In this document: positions 15,592 through 24,038 of the stretch, piece by piece
How the letters are laid out: each line of letters begins with the position of its first letter
Position numbering within the stretch: the first letter of the stretch is position 1
Source: a virus
Taxonomy: Duplodnaviria > Caudoviricetes
Length of the DNA stretch: 24,836 bases
Strand: one strand, 5' to 3'
Virus record (IMG/VR): IMGVR_UViG_3300033067_000125
Coordinates: 1-24,836 of that record
Translations under genes and position numbers: made by a program
The notes under the pieces: generated by a model
Database searches by the model: none
What the model was told of the DNA's origin: nothing
What the model saw: the letters and a program-made list of their open reading frames with translations, nothing else

Positions 15592-15775
15592 GATCAACTG
15601 TTCCCAAAACACCACGAGAACCACGAACATACTTGCTTACAGTTTGAGCCCAAGGTGTATAACGACTTTTGTTAATTGGAAAAGTTGTTTCACTATTCTT
15701 TGGACCACGATAAGCGCATCGAGTAATCTTTACACCGTCTACAATGGTAACCACATCTACTTTTTTCTTAGCCAT
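15584..15775 (-). CDS. Small basic early protein (63 aa)
   Basis: First ORF after the strong promoter; AAGGAG RBS. Confidence 0.75.
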   Translation of the reverse strand: MAKKKVDVVTIVDGVKITRCAYRGPKNSETTFPINKSRYTPWAQTVSKYVRGSRGVLGTVDRG

Positions 15776-15806
15776 TTCAAACTCCTTTTTGACTGTTGAT
15801 GGATCT

Positions 15807-15835
15807 ATTATACACCATTTGCGGGTAGTTGTACA
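15807..15835 (-). promoter_or_regulatory. Sigma70-type early promoter
   Basis: Minus strand TGTACA-17 nt-TATAAT, intergenic, followed by AAGGAG and ATG. Confidence 0.85.
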
Positions 15836-15846
15836 GGGCTAAACGT

Positions 15847-15888
15847 AAAAAAGTTCTAACTGTATCATTTTAGACACAGTTAGAACTT
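15847..15888 (-). terminator. Intrinsic terminator after the epimerase
   Basis: 13-bp perfect inverted repeat AAGTTCTAACTGT / ACAGTTAGAACTT (15851-15863, 15876-15888), extendable with a G-U pair on the minus strand and running into a T tract. Confidence 0.7.
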
Positions 15889-15908
15889 AAACCTAAAGTA
15901 TTCAGTTT

Positions 15909-16877
15909 TTACTTATTGAAGTAACTTGAATTTTGTAACCAAAAGTAATACTTTTCAAAACCTTCTTGAACGTCTACTTTTGGATCATACCCAAAGTCAC
16001 GACGAGCTGCTGTAATATCTAATGCACCACGACTTGGAAAATCTGCATCTTTATCACGAACTTCAATGTTGCCTTTGCCGGCAAGTTTCACAGCCATTTC
16101 AGCAGCGTCATATAAACTTACACTATGACTTTTAGTAATGTTATAAGTTTTGTTCTTAGTGTTCTCACTTAGTGTAGCAGCAACAATACCATCTGCTGCG
16201 TCTTCAACATATGTGAAGTCTAGAACTTCTTTAATGCCATTAACCTTTAGTGTTCCACCACGCATTGCTGTTAGTAAGAACTTAGAGATGACTCTGTCTT
16301 CAACGTCGAATTCACCATAGACTGCACTGGGACGTATAATAGTGTAACTAAAAGCGTTACGACGAGCATAATCTTTAACAAGCCATTCTCCTGCAAGTTT
16401 CATAATTCCATACTGACCTTCTGGATAGCATGGTTCATCTTCTCTAATGCAATGTGTAAATTCGCCATATACCATAGATGAACTAATATACAAAAACTTT
16501 TTAACTTTAAATTCTTGCGATAGTTCACATAGGTTCAATAAACCTTCTGACATAGTTTTTGAACCAAGTTGAGGATTAGCATTAACAACCTTTTGACGTG
16601 GAAAACTTGCTAGGTGCATAACGATCTCAGGATTAAAATCCTTGAAGATTGATCGCATTACTTGACGATCTGCAATATCTACTACACGAATGTTCAATGG
16701 ATCACGTGGAGTTTCAATCTTTTGTAAACGCTCATTGAACAAATAGTTCATTTGTTCTTCTGGAATAATTCCATAATTTGTCATGTTATCAACAATCAAC
16801 AAATCATGGTTATCCTTTAAACGCTTTACAACGTTATGACCAATGAGGCCTAAGCCTCCTGTAATCAAGATTCGCAT
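15909..16877 (-). CDS. NAD-dependent NDP-sugar epimerase/dehydratase (extended SDR)
   Basis: ITGGLGLIG, HLAS, SSSMVYG, YGIMK (YxxxK), RPSAVYG, DFTYVED. Confidence 0.92.
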   Translation of the reverse strand: MRILITGGLGLIGHNVVKRLKDNHDLLIVDNMTNYGIIPEEQMNYLFNERLQKIETPRDPLNIRVVDIADRQVMRSIFKDFNPEIVMHLASFPRQKVVNANPQLGSKTMSEGLLNLCELSQEFKVKKFLYISSSMVYGEFTHCIREDEPCYPEGQYGIMKLAGEWLVKDYARRNAFSYTIIRPSAVYGEFDVEDRVISKFLLTAMRGGTLKVNGIKEVLDFTYVEDAADGIVAATLSENTKNKTYNITKSHSVSLYDAAEMAVKLAGKGNIEVRDKDADFPSRGALDITAARRDFGYDPKVDVQEGFEKYYFWLQNSSYFNK

Positions 16878-17560
16878 GTGACCAGTTCCTCAGCCATTGG
16901 GAAAATTTCAGCAATTACTTTAGCACATGCCAATGCTACTTCACGGTGTTCTTTCTGAGTACCATTACCAGCACGCAATTGGATGAAGTGAATCCATGAA
17001 CGAAGTGTACCATTCATATACATGCGTGATACAGTTAAACCTTCAGGTAGAACTGCACGAGCTTGTTCTTTAGCAATCCCATTCGCAATCGCCCATTTGT
17101 ATTCTTTTTCAACTGCAAACAATACACGCTTCTGAGCACGTTCCCATTCAATTGATAATTGACGTTGTGCTTCATCATTCATATCAGCGTCAATTGAGTT
17201 TTGACGATTTTTAGTATCTTGGAATCTAGCTTCACGTATTACGAATGCCTTACTCATCTCTGCAGTTGGATCTGCGTATCGTTGAGAAAACTCTTGGAAG
17301 GAGAATGAACGATGACGTAAGATTTGACGAGCAATATCACGTGTAGTTTCAATCTCAATGCATGCAGAAACCATTTCAAGTGGTGACCAATGTTGGTGCT
17401 TAATTAGATAACGAATAAGTTTATCTGCAGTTCCAGCATTCATTTGGTTAGATGGATTTGATACTCTAGCACAAAATGCGATCAAATCTTGCACATCAGA
17501 AAGACCTTCTGAATAAAATTCACGTGATGGTTTACTATACGATACTAACTTAACTTGCAT
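16865..17560 (-). CDS. thyX: FAD-dependent thymidylate synthase
   Basis: HWSPLEM, RHRSFSFQEFSQRY signature, AKEQARAVLP, TQKEHR; start placed at ATG 17560 (AAGGA RBS). Confidence 0.96.
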   Translation of the reverse strand: MQVKLVSYSKPSREFYSEGLSDVQDLIAFCARVSNPSNQMNAGTADKLIRYLIKHQHWSPLEMVSACIEIETTRDIARQILRHRSFSFQEFSQRYADPTAEMSKAFVIREARFQDTKNRQNSIDADMNDEAQRQLSIEWERAQKRVLFAVEKEYKWAIANGIAKEQARAVLPEGLTVSRMYMNGTLRSWIHFIQLRAGNGTQKEHREVALACAKVIAEIFPMAEELVTCES

Positions 17561-17702
17561 TTTCAATCCTTTTAATTTCTAAAACATCACCTGTTGGTAA
17601 GCTATTTGCAAATGAAATAGCATCCTCATAATTATCAAAATATTTTGTAGTTACACTGCTTTCTAATGAGCTAATATAGTAACACACCTTATACTTCTTC
17701 AT
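17550..17702 (-). CDS. Small hypothetical protein (50 aa)
   Basis: Manual translation MKKYKVCYYISSLESSVTTKYFDNYEDAISFANSLPTGDVLEIKRIENAS; GGAG RBS; overlaps both neighbours. Confidence 0.7.
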   Translation of the reverse strand: MKKYKVCYYISSLESSVTTKYFDNYEDAISFANSLPTGDVLEIKRIENAS

Positions 17703-17940
17703 ATGTAGTTTCTCCATATTGCGTAGAAGTATGCCATTTTCTATGGCATGTAACGCAACTTACTTTACTGCTTGTAATATTTCCATCAGGGTTTGTGTTC
17801 ACACCATTCTTATCATAGATAGGTGTGAAGTACATTGCCGTTGTCATAGACACGCCTTGAATGAATCTACAATTCTTATCGCAGCCTTTGCTTAACTCTG
17901 TGAACACGCTAACATTCCTTGTTTTACTGTATGATACCAT
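17689..17940 (-). CDS. Small Cys-containing hypothetical protein
   Basis: CxxxC...YDKNGVNTNPDGN...CxxC; start uncertain. Confidence 0.6.
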   Translation of the reverse strand: MVSYSKTRNVSVFTELSKGCDKNCRFIQGVSMTTAMYFTPIYDKNGVNTNPDGNITSSKVSCVTCHRKWHTSTQYGETTYEEV

Positions 17941-18164
17941 TTAGTTCTATCACTTGGAAATATATATGAATGCTTCCAAAGTGTATTAAATGCATCAAGA
18001 TCTTTTATTGTAAATTTGACTTTAACTTCCATGTAACCATTAAAGCCTTCACCATTCATATCTGGTGATGTTGATTCATAATTAACAACAGCCTTAGAGA
18101 ACTGTTCTGGATTTAATAACATTGCCATCAATGAAGCGTGACACATTACAACTTCTAATTTCAT
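17892..18164 (-). CDS. Hypothetical protein (about 90 aa)
   Basis: Start reassigned to MKLEVVM just after the upstream stop (AGGA RBS). Confidence 0.6.
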   Translation of the reverse strand: MKLEVVMCHASLMAMLLNPEQFSKAVVNYESTSPDMNGEGFNGYMEVKVKFTIKDLDAFNTLWKHSYIFPSDRTKWYHTVKQGMLACSQS

Positions 18165-18165
18165 A

Positions 18166-18420
18166 TTAATCCTGAATTGCACCTGGATTGATTGGTGGGA
18201 AGCCACGACCACTTGGGCAATTAACAGCATTACCACATGATCCACTTGTAGTATTCAAATCAATACCGCATGTAGAACATGGACGAGGTGCTTTGGCAAT
18301 TAACCAATCAGGGAGAAAGTTTGGACGATCGCCAAACTCCTGAACTTTCTGTACATTACTAATCTCAGTGAAGGTACCATCCTTATAAAAGATGACAACC
18401 TTTTCAATTTCTTTATTCAT
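18166..18420 (-). CDS. Small hypothetical protein with C-terminal CxxC...CxxxxxC
   Basis: Start reassigned to MNKEIEKVVIF, overlapping the helicase stop. Confidence 0.6.
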   Translation of the reverse strand: MNKEIEKVVIFYKDGTFTEISNVQKVQEFGDRPNFLPDWLIAKAPRPCSTCGIDLNTTSGSCGNAVNCPSGRGFPPINPGAIQD

Positions 18421-19798
18421 AACTAAAATTTCCAAAGTCTTTGCGTTCACGTGTTCCAAAAGTGTTTAGAGGTTTATCCTCTTTAGCATCAGGCACATGT
18501 GCTGCATCATTAATCAATGTTTGTGCTGATGGTTCTACATCATACAATTTCATACGAGATCTATCAATACCAACAATGAATCGCTTATTAGATGTTGGAT
18601 CGTTATAACGATTCTTTAATTGTTTGACCATGACTTGACCGAGCTTTTCAAGTTCTTCCGTCGAGATAACGGCAAACATGAAGTCGGCTGTCGCTGGGAG
18701 ACCGAACGATTCTGAAGTATCTTCGAGGCCCACGTCTGTATTTGAAAATCCTGATCGTGTGGTCTGCGTTGCGGATACAACCGGGACGCCTGCTTCAACT
18801 GCCAAGCCACGCATTTCTTCTGCGATCGCCTTAACATATGAGTATGTATTGACTGAACCGCCAAGTCCTTTAATTCGCGAAGACGCGCAAATATTGAGGT
18901 AATCGATAAAGATGATATCAGGCTTAAAATTCTTTTTAAGTTTAAGTTCATTTAGTAACGCTCTGAAGTGACCAACGTGGGCCGCTCCAGTTGGATACTC
19001 TTTAACAATCAATTTGCCAATATTCTTCTGAGCAATCTTTTGGATCTTCTGGTCGTATACGGCTTTCGGCAATGATTCCAATTGATCAACTGGGATGTTC
19101 ATTAGGTTAGCATCAATACGTTCAGCAATACGTTCTTCTGCCATTTCCATAGTTATGTATAGAACATTTTTACCTTGAACTAAGGTAGCACCTGCCATGT
19201 GACACATAAACAAAGACTTACCAACACCAGTACCAGCAAGGATGATGTTCAAAGTTTTATTTGGCAATCCACCTTTAGTGATTTTGTTGAAGTAATCAAG
19301 GTCGAAGGGCAAACGTCCTTCGACTCTGTGGTAAAAATCAAATCGCTGATCTGAATTATCGATGTAATCATGCCCGATATTAGTGTCAAAACTAACACCA
19401 AGGGCTTTAGATAATATATCGGGAATTGCATTGTTACTTAGTTCTTTATGTTTGCCATCAATAATCTGAATAGACTCCATGATAGCAAGATAGATTGAAC
19501 GATCTTGGCAAAACTTTTCAGTTTGCTTAAGCATCCATTCCATATCAACTGGCTCGGCACGATATGCCTGATGAACTTGGTCAAAGATTTCATTTGGTAC
19601 ATTTGGAATCTTTTGCAGTTCAATCTTTAATGCTGCTTCAGTTGGAACAACATTATATGTTTCAACAAATCGTGAGACCACAGCGAAGAGTAGTTTCTCA
19701 CCACGCTCAAAGTATTCGTCTTTGAGGAATGGAATTGCTCTTCGTGTGAATTCTTCATTCGTGCACAGTTGATTCAGAATCAGTTGGTTTATCATCAT
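18413..19798 (-). CDS. 41: T4 gp41-like replicative (DnaB-family) helicase
   Basis: Walker A AGTGVGKS, TMEMAEERIAERIDAN, KEYPT, IDYLNIC, SATQTTR, SESFGLPATAD, KQLKNRY. Confidence 0.97.
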   Translation of the reverse strand: MMINQLILNQLCTNEEFTRRAIPFLKDEYFERGEKLLFAVVSRFVETYNVVPTEAALKIELQKIPNVPNEIFDQVHQAYRAEPVDMEWMLKQTEKFCQDRSIYLAIMESIQIIDGKHKELSNNAIPDILSKALGVSFDTNIGHDYIDNSDQRFDFYHRVEGRLPFDLDYFNKITKGGLPNKTLNIILAGTGVGKSLFMCHMAGATLVQGKNVLYITMEMAEERIAERIDANLMNIPVDQLESLPKAVYDQKIQKIAQKNIGKLIVKEYPTGAAHVGHFRALLNELKLKKNFKPDIIFIDYLNICASSRIKGLGGSVNTYSYVKAIAEEMRGLAVEAGVPVVSATQTTRSGFSNTDVGLEDTSESFGLPATADFMFAVISTEELEKLGQVMVKQLKNRYNDPTSNKRFIVGIDRSRMKLYDVEPSAQTLINDAAHVPDAKEDKPLNTFGTRERKDFGNFSYE

Positions 19799-20093
19799 TA
19801 CCTAATTTAAATTTGCCAGTTTCAAGTGAGTCTTCAATAACGTGAGTTAGAACATCACCTAATAAATCCATGAAGTCTACACTACAGTTTAGTTCTTCTT
19901 CATCTAAATGTTCTGGTAAGTCTATCACTTTAAATTGAAAACTTAATAGTGCTTCATCGTCTTTTTCTTTGACTTGAATCTTACCATATTTGTATACAAC
20001 ATCTTTGAATGTACCTTCATTGATTTTTACATGCCACTCGTCATTGACGGTGGCATTTTCAACGAATGAGTACGAATTACTCGTTATCTTCAT
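19755..20093 (-). CDS. Conserved hypothetical protein in the gp40 position (between uvsX and 41)
   Basis: Acidic protein of about 112 aa overlapping both neighbours. Synteny matches T4 gene 40, but sequence homology is not established. Confidence 0.65.
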   Translation of the reverse strand: MKITSNSYSFVENATVNDEWHVKINEGTFKDVVYKYGKIQVKEKDDEALLSFQFKVIDLPEHLDEEELNCSVDFMDLLGDVLTHVIEDSLETGKFKLGNDDKPTDSESTVHE

Positions 20094-21135
20094 CGATGTC
20101 CTCATACTTATCTTGCATCATGGCAGCATGGCCAATTTGGAAGTTATCAGTAATATACTTTTGGAATTCTTGTGAGGCTAGAATGTCTTGCCAGAATTCT
20201 TTATTGAGCGTATCTTTCTCTCGTACCTTTGTACCCACGAGCTCACCTGTACTTCGGTCCACTTTTTGATACCACCCGTTGTTAGGCTTAACAACGAAGT
20301 TACCAGCCAAAGCAATATCAAGCAAACCAGAATACTTCTGAATACCACCATTGAAAGAAACCGAGACAGGAATCTTAGACTTTTCTTTAACATATCGAGA
20401 TTTTTCTACGTTAATGATAAAGTGGTAACCTTTGATCTCTGTGCCATCTTTATCTTGTTGACGACCCAAGATCCAGATCGTATCCGCTGAGTAGTAAATA
20501 CCAGTGCCACCTGAGACAACAGCCTTAGGGAACATACCAATTTCCATGTATGTATGATTCACTACAACCATAGGAACATCCTTCATGGTTAAGTACGGTG
20601 TAATCATACGGAACAAACCTTTTAGTGCTTTAGCACGAGACATATCTGCAACAGATTTCTCATTCAATGCATCTTCCAATTCTTTCTTAGAAGCAAGGTT
20701 ACCAACTGAGTCAATGACGATAATAACTTTTTCGCCACGCTCAAGGTTATTCAATTGACCAACTACGTCAAACTTAAGTTGTTCAACATCGGTGATTGGT
20801 GTATGTAATACTCGTGAGGTATCAATACCGAATGAATCGAAGTAGGCTTGTGGTGTACCGAATTCAGAATCATAAAATAACATAACTGCATCAGGATATT
20901 TGTCCATGTATGCCTTTGCCATTAGCAAAGAGAACGCAGTTTTAAAGTGTTTAGATGGACCAGCCAAGACTGTAAGTCCTGGTGTAAGTCCACCATCAAG
21001 TTTGCCACTCAACGCAACGTTAATCATAGGAACTGATGTGGTAATCATATCCTTTGCGCCAAAGAACTTCGAATCTTCTAACACCGCAGTGTATTCGATT
21101 TTCGAATTCTTTTTTAGTTTATCCATTAAGCCCAT
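20077..21135 (-). CDS. uvsX: UvsX RecA-like recombinase
   Basis: AGPSKHFKT, YDSEFG, IDSVGNLASKKE, DMSRAK, NHTY, SGGTGIYYSAD, EKSRYVKEKS. Confidence 0.97.
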   Translation of the reverse strand: MGLMDKLKKNSKIEYTAVLEDSKFFGAKDMITTSVPMINVALSGKLDGGLTPGLTVLAGPSKHFKTAFSLLMAKAYMDKYPDAVMLFYDSEFGTPQAYFDSFGIDTSRVLHTPITDVEQLKFDVVGQLNNLERGEKVIIVIDSVGNLASKKELEDALNEKSVADMSRAKALKGLFRMITPYLTMKDVPMVVVNHTYMEIGMFPKAVVSGGTGIYYSADTIWILGRQQDKDGTEIKGYHFIINVEKSRYVKEKSKIPVSVSFNGGIQKYSGLLDIALAGNFVVKPNNGWYQKVDRSTGELVGTKVREKDTLNKEFWQDILASQEFQKYITDNFQIGHAAMMQDKYEDIDEDNE

Positions 21136-21159
21136 TTGTATTCTCCAAAGTATTGAACT

Positions 21160-21188
21160 ATTATATCACATTTTATTACAGGAAGAAA
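21160..21188 (-). promoter_or_regulatory. Extended -10 promoter for uvsX
   Basis: Minus strand TGaTATAAT (-10 at 21160-21165), weak -35 (TTTCTT at 17 nt), GGAG RBS; shares TGTGATATAATA with the nrdA promoter. Confidence 0.7.
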
Positions 21189-22381
21189 CCATCTAGTGAA
21201 GCTTTTGGAACTTCAATCATATCTCTGAAGTCCTGAGATTCACTGTGGTTGTATTGTAAAAGAATTCTATCAGTTGCATCGACAGTGTCTCTACGACCTT
21301 CAAGGAATTCTTTAATCTCAAACGCCATGTCTACAGCGGTACCTACTGGCACGTTTTGACAGATGTGGTTCAAGTTTGCTTTAGGGTTCAACAACTCGAA
21401 GTCATGAGGTAATCCCATGATTGTCATTGCTTCCCTATAAGTTATGTATCTGTCTTCATAAGGATGAGTTAACATGGTTGGATAGTGACCAACAAAAGCA
21501 CCAATGTAATTCTTTGGAACAGTGGTCAATCTACGCATGATGTTTTCACCGCGTCCTAGTTTCTCATGAATACGTTTACACCGTGCTTCAATGTTTGGAT
21601 AGTTATTCTCTGCCATCCATTTGCCTACTTCTAGATATGAAACGTTGTTACGTTCTATCCAATCCATCGCGTTATCAGTCTTCTCAATCTTATCGAAAAA
21701 CTCTCGATGTGAGATTCCACCTTCCATTTTCTCAAGAACATAACGATACCAAGGATCAGTTTTTGTTGGAATTTTGTCATTAGTCACAGTGTGTTGAGTT
21801 AAGTTCTGTGGCATATTGCTAATCAGGTCTTCAATTCGTGTCCAAGGTTTCTTGTAGAAGTTAAAGACTGGTGCACGTGTACCACGCCAGAAAAAGTAGA
21901 ATGAACGTTCACGAATTTGCGGAACTCCATGCAACTGAGATTTTGTACGATAAATTGACATAACATAACCATGCTCTTTAGCAATGGCATGAAGTTTCTC
22001 TACAACAGGTTTACCAACCTTGCCTGCAAATCCTGGTGCATTCTCACCCCAGAACACATCTGGTTTCCATGTACCTAAAACTAACTCAGCGGTTTTATAC
22101 ATCCAATCATTTGCTGCTGCATCAGAAGAAGCACCTGCAGATAACGACGACAGACCTGCACATGGGCAAGTCGTCGAGATAACATTTACTTTACTTGGAG
22201 AGTGAGTACCTTTATCCATAACGTAATATGGAAGGTCTCTATAGTGATTCACTGCATGTGAATCATTGGACGCAAAAGCTTCAAAAGAAGCCAGCCATTC
22301 AGGCCGACTTCCCATAGCTTTCTCTTGACCCAATGTCTGTCCACCAATCAATGGGACGATACTTGCATGTTTAATTGTCAT
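21176..22381 (-). CDS. Divergent C5-cytosine methyltransferase-fold enzyme
   Basis: Motif IV CPCAGLS, VI GENAPG, VIII GVPQIRERSF, IX RYITYREAMTIMGLP, X CQNVP; motif I degenerate (IVPLIGG instead of FxGxGG). Confidence 0.8.
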   Translation of the reverse strand: MTIKHASIVPLIGGQTLGQEKAMGSRPEWLASFEAFASNDSHAVNHYRDLPYYVMDKGTHSPSKVNVISTTCPCAGLSSLSAGASSDAAANDWMYKTAELVLGTWKPDVFWGENAPGFAGKVGKPVVEKLHAIAKEHGYVMSIYRTKSQLHGVPQIRERSFYFFWRGTRAPVFNFYKKPWTRIEDLISNMPQNLTQHTVTNDKIPTKTDPWYRYVLEKMEGGISHREFFDKIEKTDNAMDWIERNNVSYLEVGKWMAENNYPNIEARCKRIHEKLGRGENIMRRLTTVPKNYIGAFVGHYPTMLTHPYEDRYITYREAMTIMGLPHDFELLNPKANLNHICQNVPVGTAVDMAFEIKEFLEGRRDTVDATDRILLQYNHSESQDFRDMIEVPKASLDGFFL

Positions 22382-23583
22382 AGTCTTTCTTTAATAAGAG
22401 TCATCATTTCACTGAATGTATGTTCTGCATCTTGGTGTGACTTATAAAATTCATAAGCCATTTCACGATATTCATCACGCATTCCACGGTCTTTAGATAA
22501 TTTATCTAGAATGTCAAATGCTGGTTTCATATCAGTGTCATCAAGCCAAATAGTACCTGTATCTTTACAATCGATAAGCTTCTTACCTTGAGCACGATGT
22601 GTACAACGTTCACCATAAGATTTACGGAATACAGGAACAACACCAACTGCAGCAAGTTCACAATGAGTGTATTCAATTGAACGTTGAATATAACGTTCAT
22701 CTAACAATGATAGTTGATAACCAAATGCAACTCGTGACATGCGTTCAAGCATTTGCTCATTGATATATGGACCAAACACATATGCTGGTTGATTGATGGC
22801 AATAGATGATGTTGAAATATCTTTGTCAATCAAACCATGGAATTCTGACAATTCACGGAACGCAAGATATGCTGGTGATTTTTCAATACCTTCAAATGTA
22901 GTGATATAGCCATTTGGGCGTAGGTATGAATTGTGGAAAGCAAACATTTGTTTGTAACCTTTCCAACTTGTAGTACGACCAATCCACTTATTGTGGAGTT
23001 CATCTTGTTCAGCAATGTCTTTCCAGTACTTAGAACGTACTGATGCAAAGTCAATTCCTGGTTGGAAGTTTAAGATAGTCTTTGAGGTATCATCACCACC
23101 CATGAAAGCATCTAAGCCAGATGAGGTTACCTCTGTAACATACTTAGCAAAATCGTTTGTTGCTGAGTGACCAAATAGAATGTCAGCTTTATTAACAGCT
23201 TCTTCAATACAAGCATTACGCTTAATAGACAATGAAGAATGATCATGTTGAATAAGCACCACTGGCTTTTTGATTTCTTTCAGTGCACGATTAAATTCAG
23301 CAATCGCTGCTTCTGGGTGAGATAACGATGGAAGACTATTAATGATAACAACATCAGACTCATTGCAACCATCAATCATCTTCTGAGTTTCTTCAGGTTT
23401 AGACAACTTTAGTTGAATAACATTAGAAACATCATGAGCATTTTTACGTGTCCATGATTTATCTTTAGATGAAAAGACTGTGAAGTCATATCCATTCTTT
23501 GCAAACCATTTAGTTTGCTCAACAGTAAATTTAGTTACACCGCAGCCTTCAATACCACGACCCATAATGATTGCGATTTTCAT
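22378..23583 (-). CDS. agt: T4 alpha-glucosyltransferase-like DNA hmC glycosyltransferase
   Basis: N-terminus MKIAIIMGRGIEGCGVTKF closely matches recalled T4 AGT; also QHDH, WIGRTTSWKG, EYTHCELAAVGVVPVF; length about 400 aa. Confidence 0.92.
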   Translation of the reverse strand: MKIAIIMGRGIEGCGVTKFTVEQTKWFAKNGYDFTVFSSKDKSWTRKNAHDVSNVIQLKLSKPEETQKMIDGCNESDVVIINSLPSLSHPEAAIAEFNRALKEIKKPVVLIQHDHSSLSIKRNACIEEAVNKADILFGHSATNDFAKYVTEVTSSGLDAFMGGDDTSKTILNFQPGIDFASVRSKYWKDIAEQDELHNKWIGRTTSWKGYKQMFAFHNSYLRPNGYITTFEGIEKSPAYLAFRELSEFHGLIDKDISTSSIAINQPAYVFGPYINEQMLERMSRVAFGYQLSLLDERYIQRSIEYTHCELAAVGVVPVFRKSYGERCTHRAQGKKLIDCKDTGTIWLDDTDMKPAFDILDKLSKDRGMRDEYREMAYEFYKSHQDAEHTFSEMMTLIKERL

Positions 23584-24038
23584 ATCACATATACCTTTAC
23601 ATTTGCTTCACTGAACATCTCAGCAGATTGCAACCATGACTCATGCCAATGAGGTCGCAGATTTAAACATTCTTCTGAGATATAGACTTCACTAATACCT
23701 ACTTGAATGACGCCTTTACAGCATTCACTACAAACAGGTAACCCATAAACAAAAAGCTTAGCGCCGTCTAAAGATATTCCAGAATACGTAGCATTATATA
23801 TGACATTCATTTCTGCATGAACTACATATTTGTACTTTGTTTCTCTATCATTTAGACGTTCTTCAAAATCAAAAATACCACGTGGGAAACCATTAAATCC
23901 CTGTGACAAGATTTGACCTTTAGATCCAACAGCAATTGCACCAATCTTAGTGTTTGGATCTTTAGACCATGACGAAACTTCTTTCGCCATAGACATATAA
24001 CGATTAGCCCACTTATCAGGCGTATTTGTCTTCATCAT
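23580..24038 (-). CDS. dCMP deaminase
   Basis: SKDPNTKIGA, GFNGFPRG, HAEMN, PVCSEC zinc ligands. Confidence 0.92.
   Translation of the reverse strand: MMKTNTPDKWANRYMSMAKEVSSWSKDPNTKIGAIAVGSKGQILSQGFNGFPRGIFDFEERLNDRETKYKYVVHAEMNVIYNATYSGISLDGAKLFVYGLPVCSECCKGVIQVGISEVYISEECLNLRPHWHESWLQSAEMFSEANVKVYVI

Noticed and set aside
18616-18951. Same-strand alternate-frame ORFs in the helicase (also 1291-1518, 2769-2963, 3495-3737, 11330-11611, 12783-13067 and similar)
   Set aside because: No protein-like features or convincing RBS noticed, unlike 4468-4680 and 7676-7978; explained by local codon composition.
13652-22381. MTase-like gene plus PD-(D/E)xK gene as a classical type II restriction-modification pair
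   Set aside because: They are about 6.7 kb apart in different transcription units, and the MTase-like gene is coupled to AGT.
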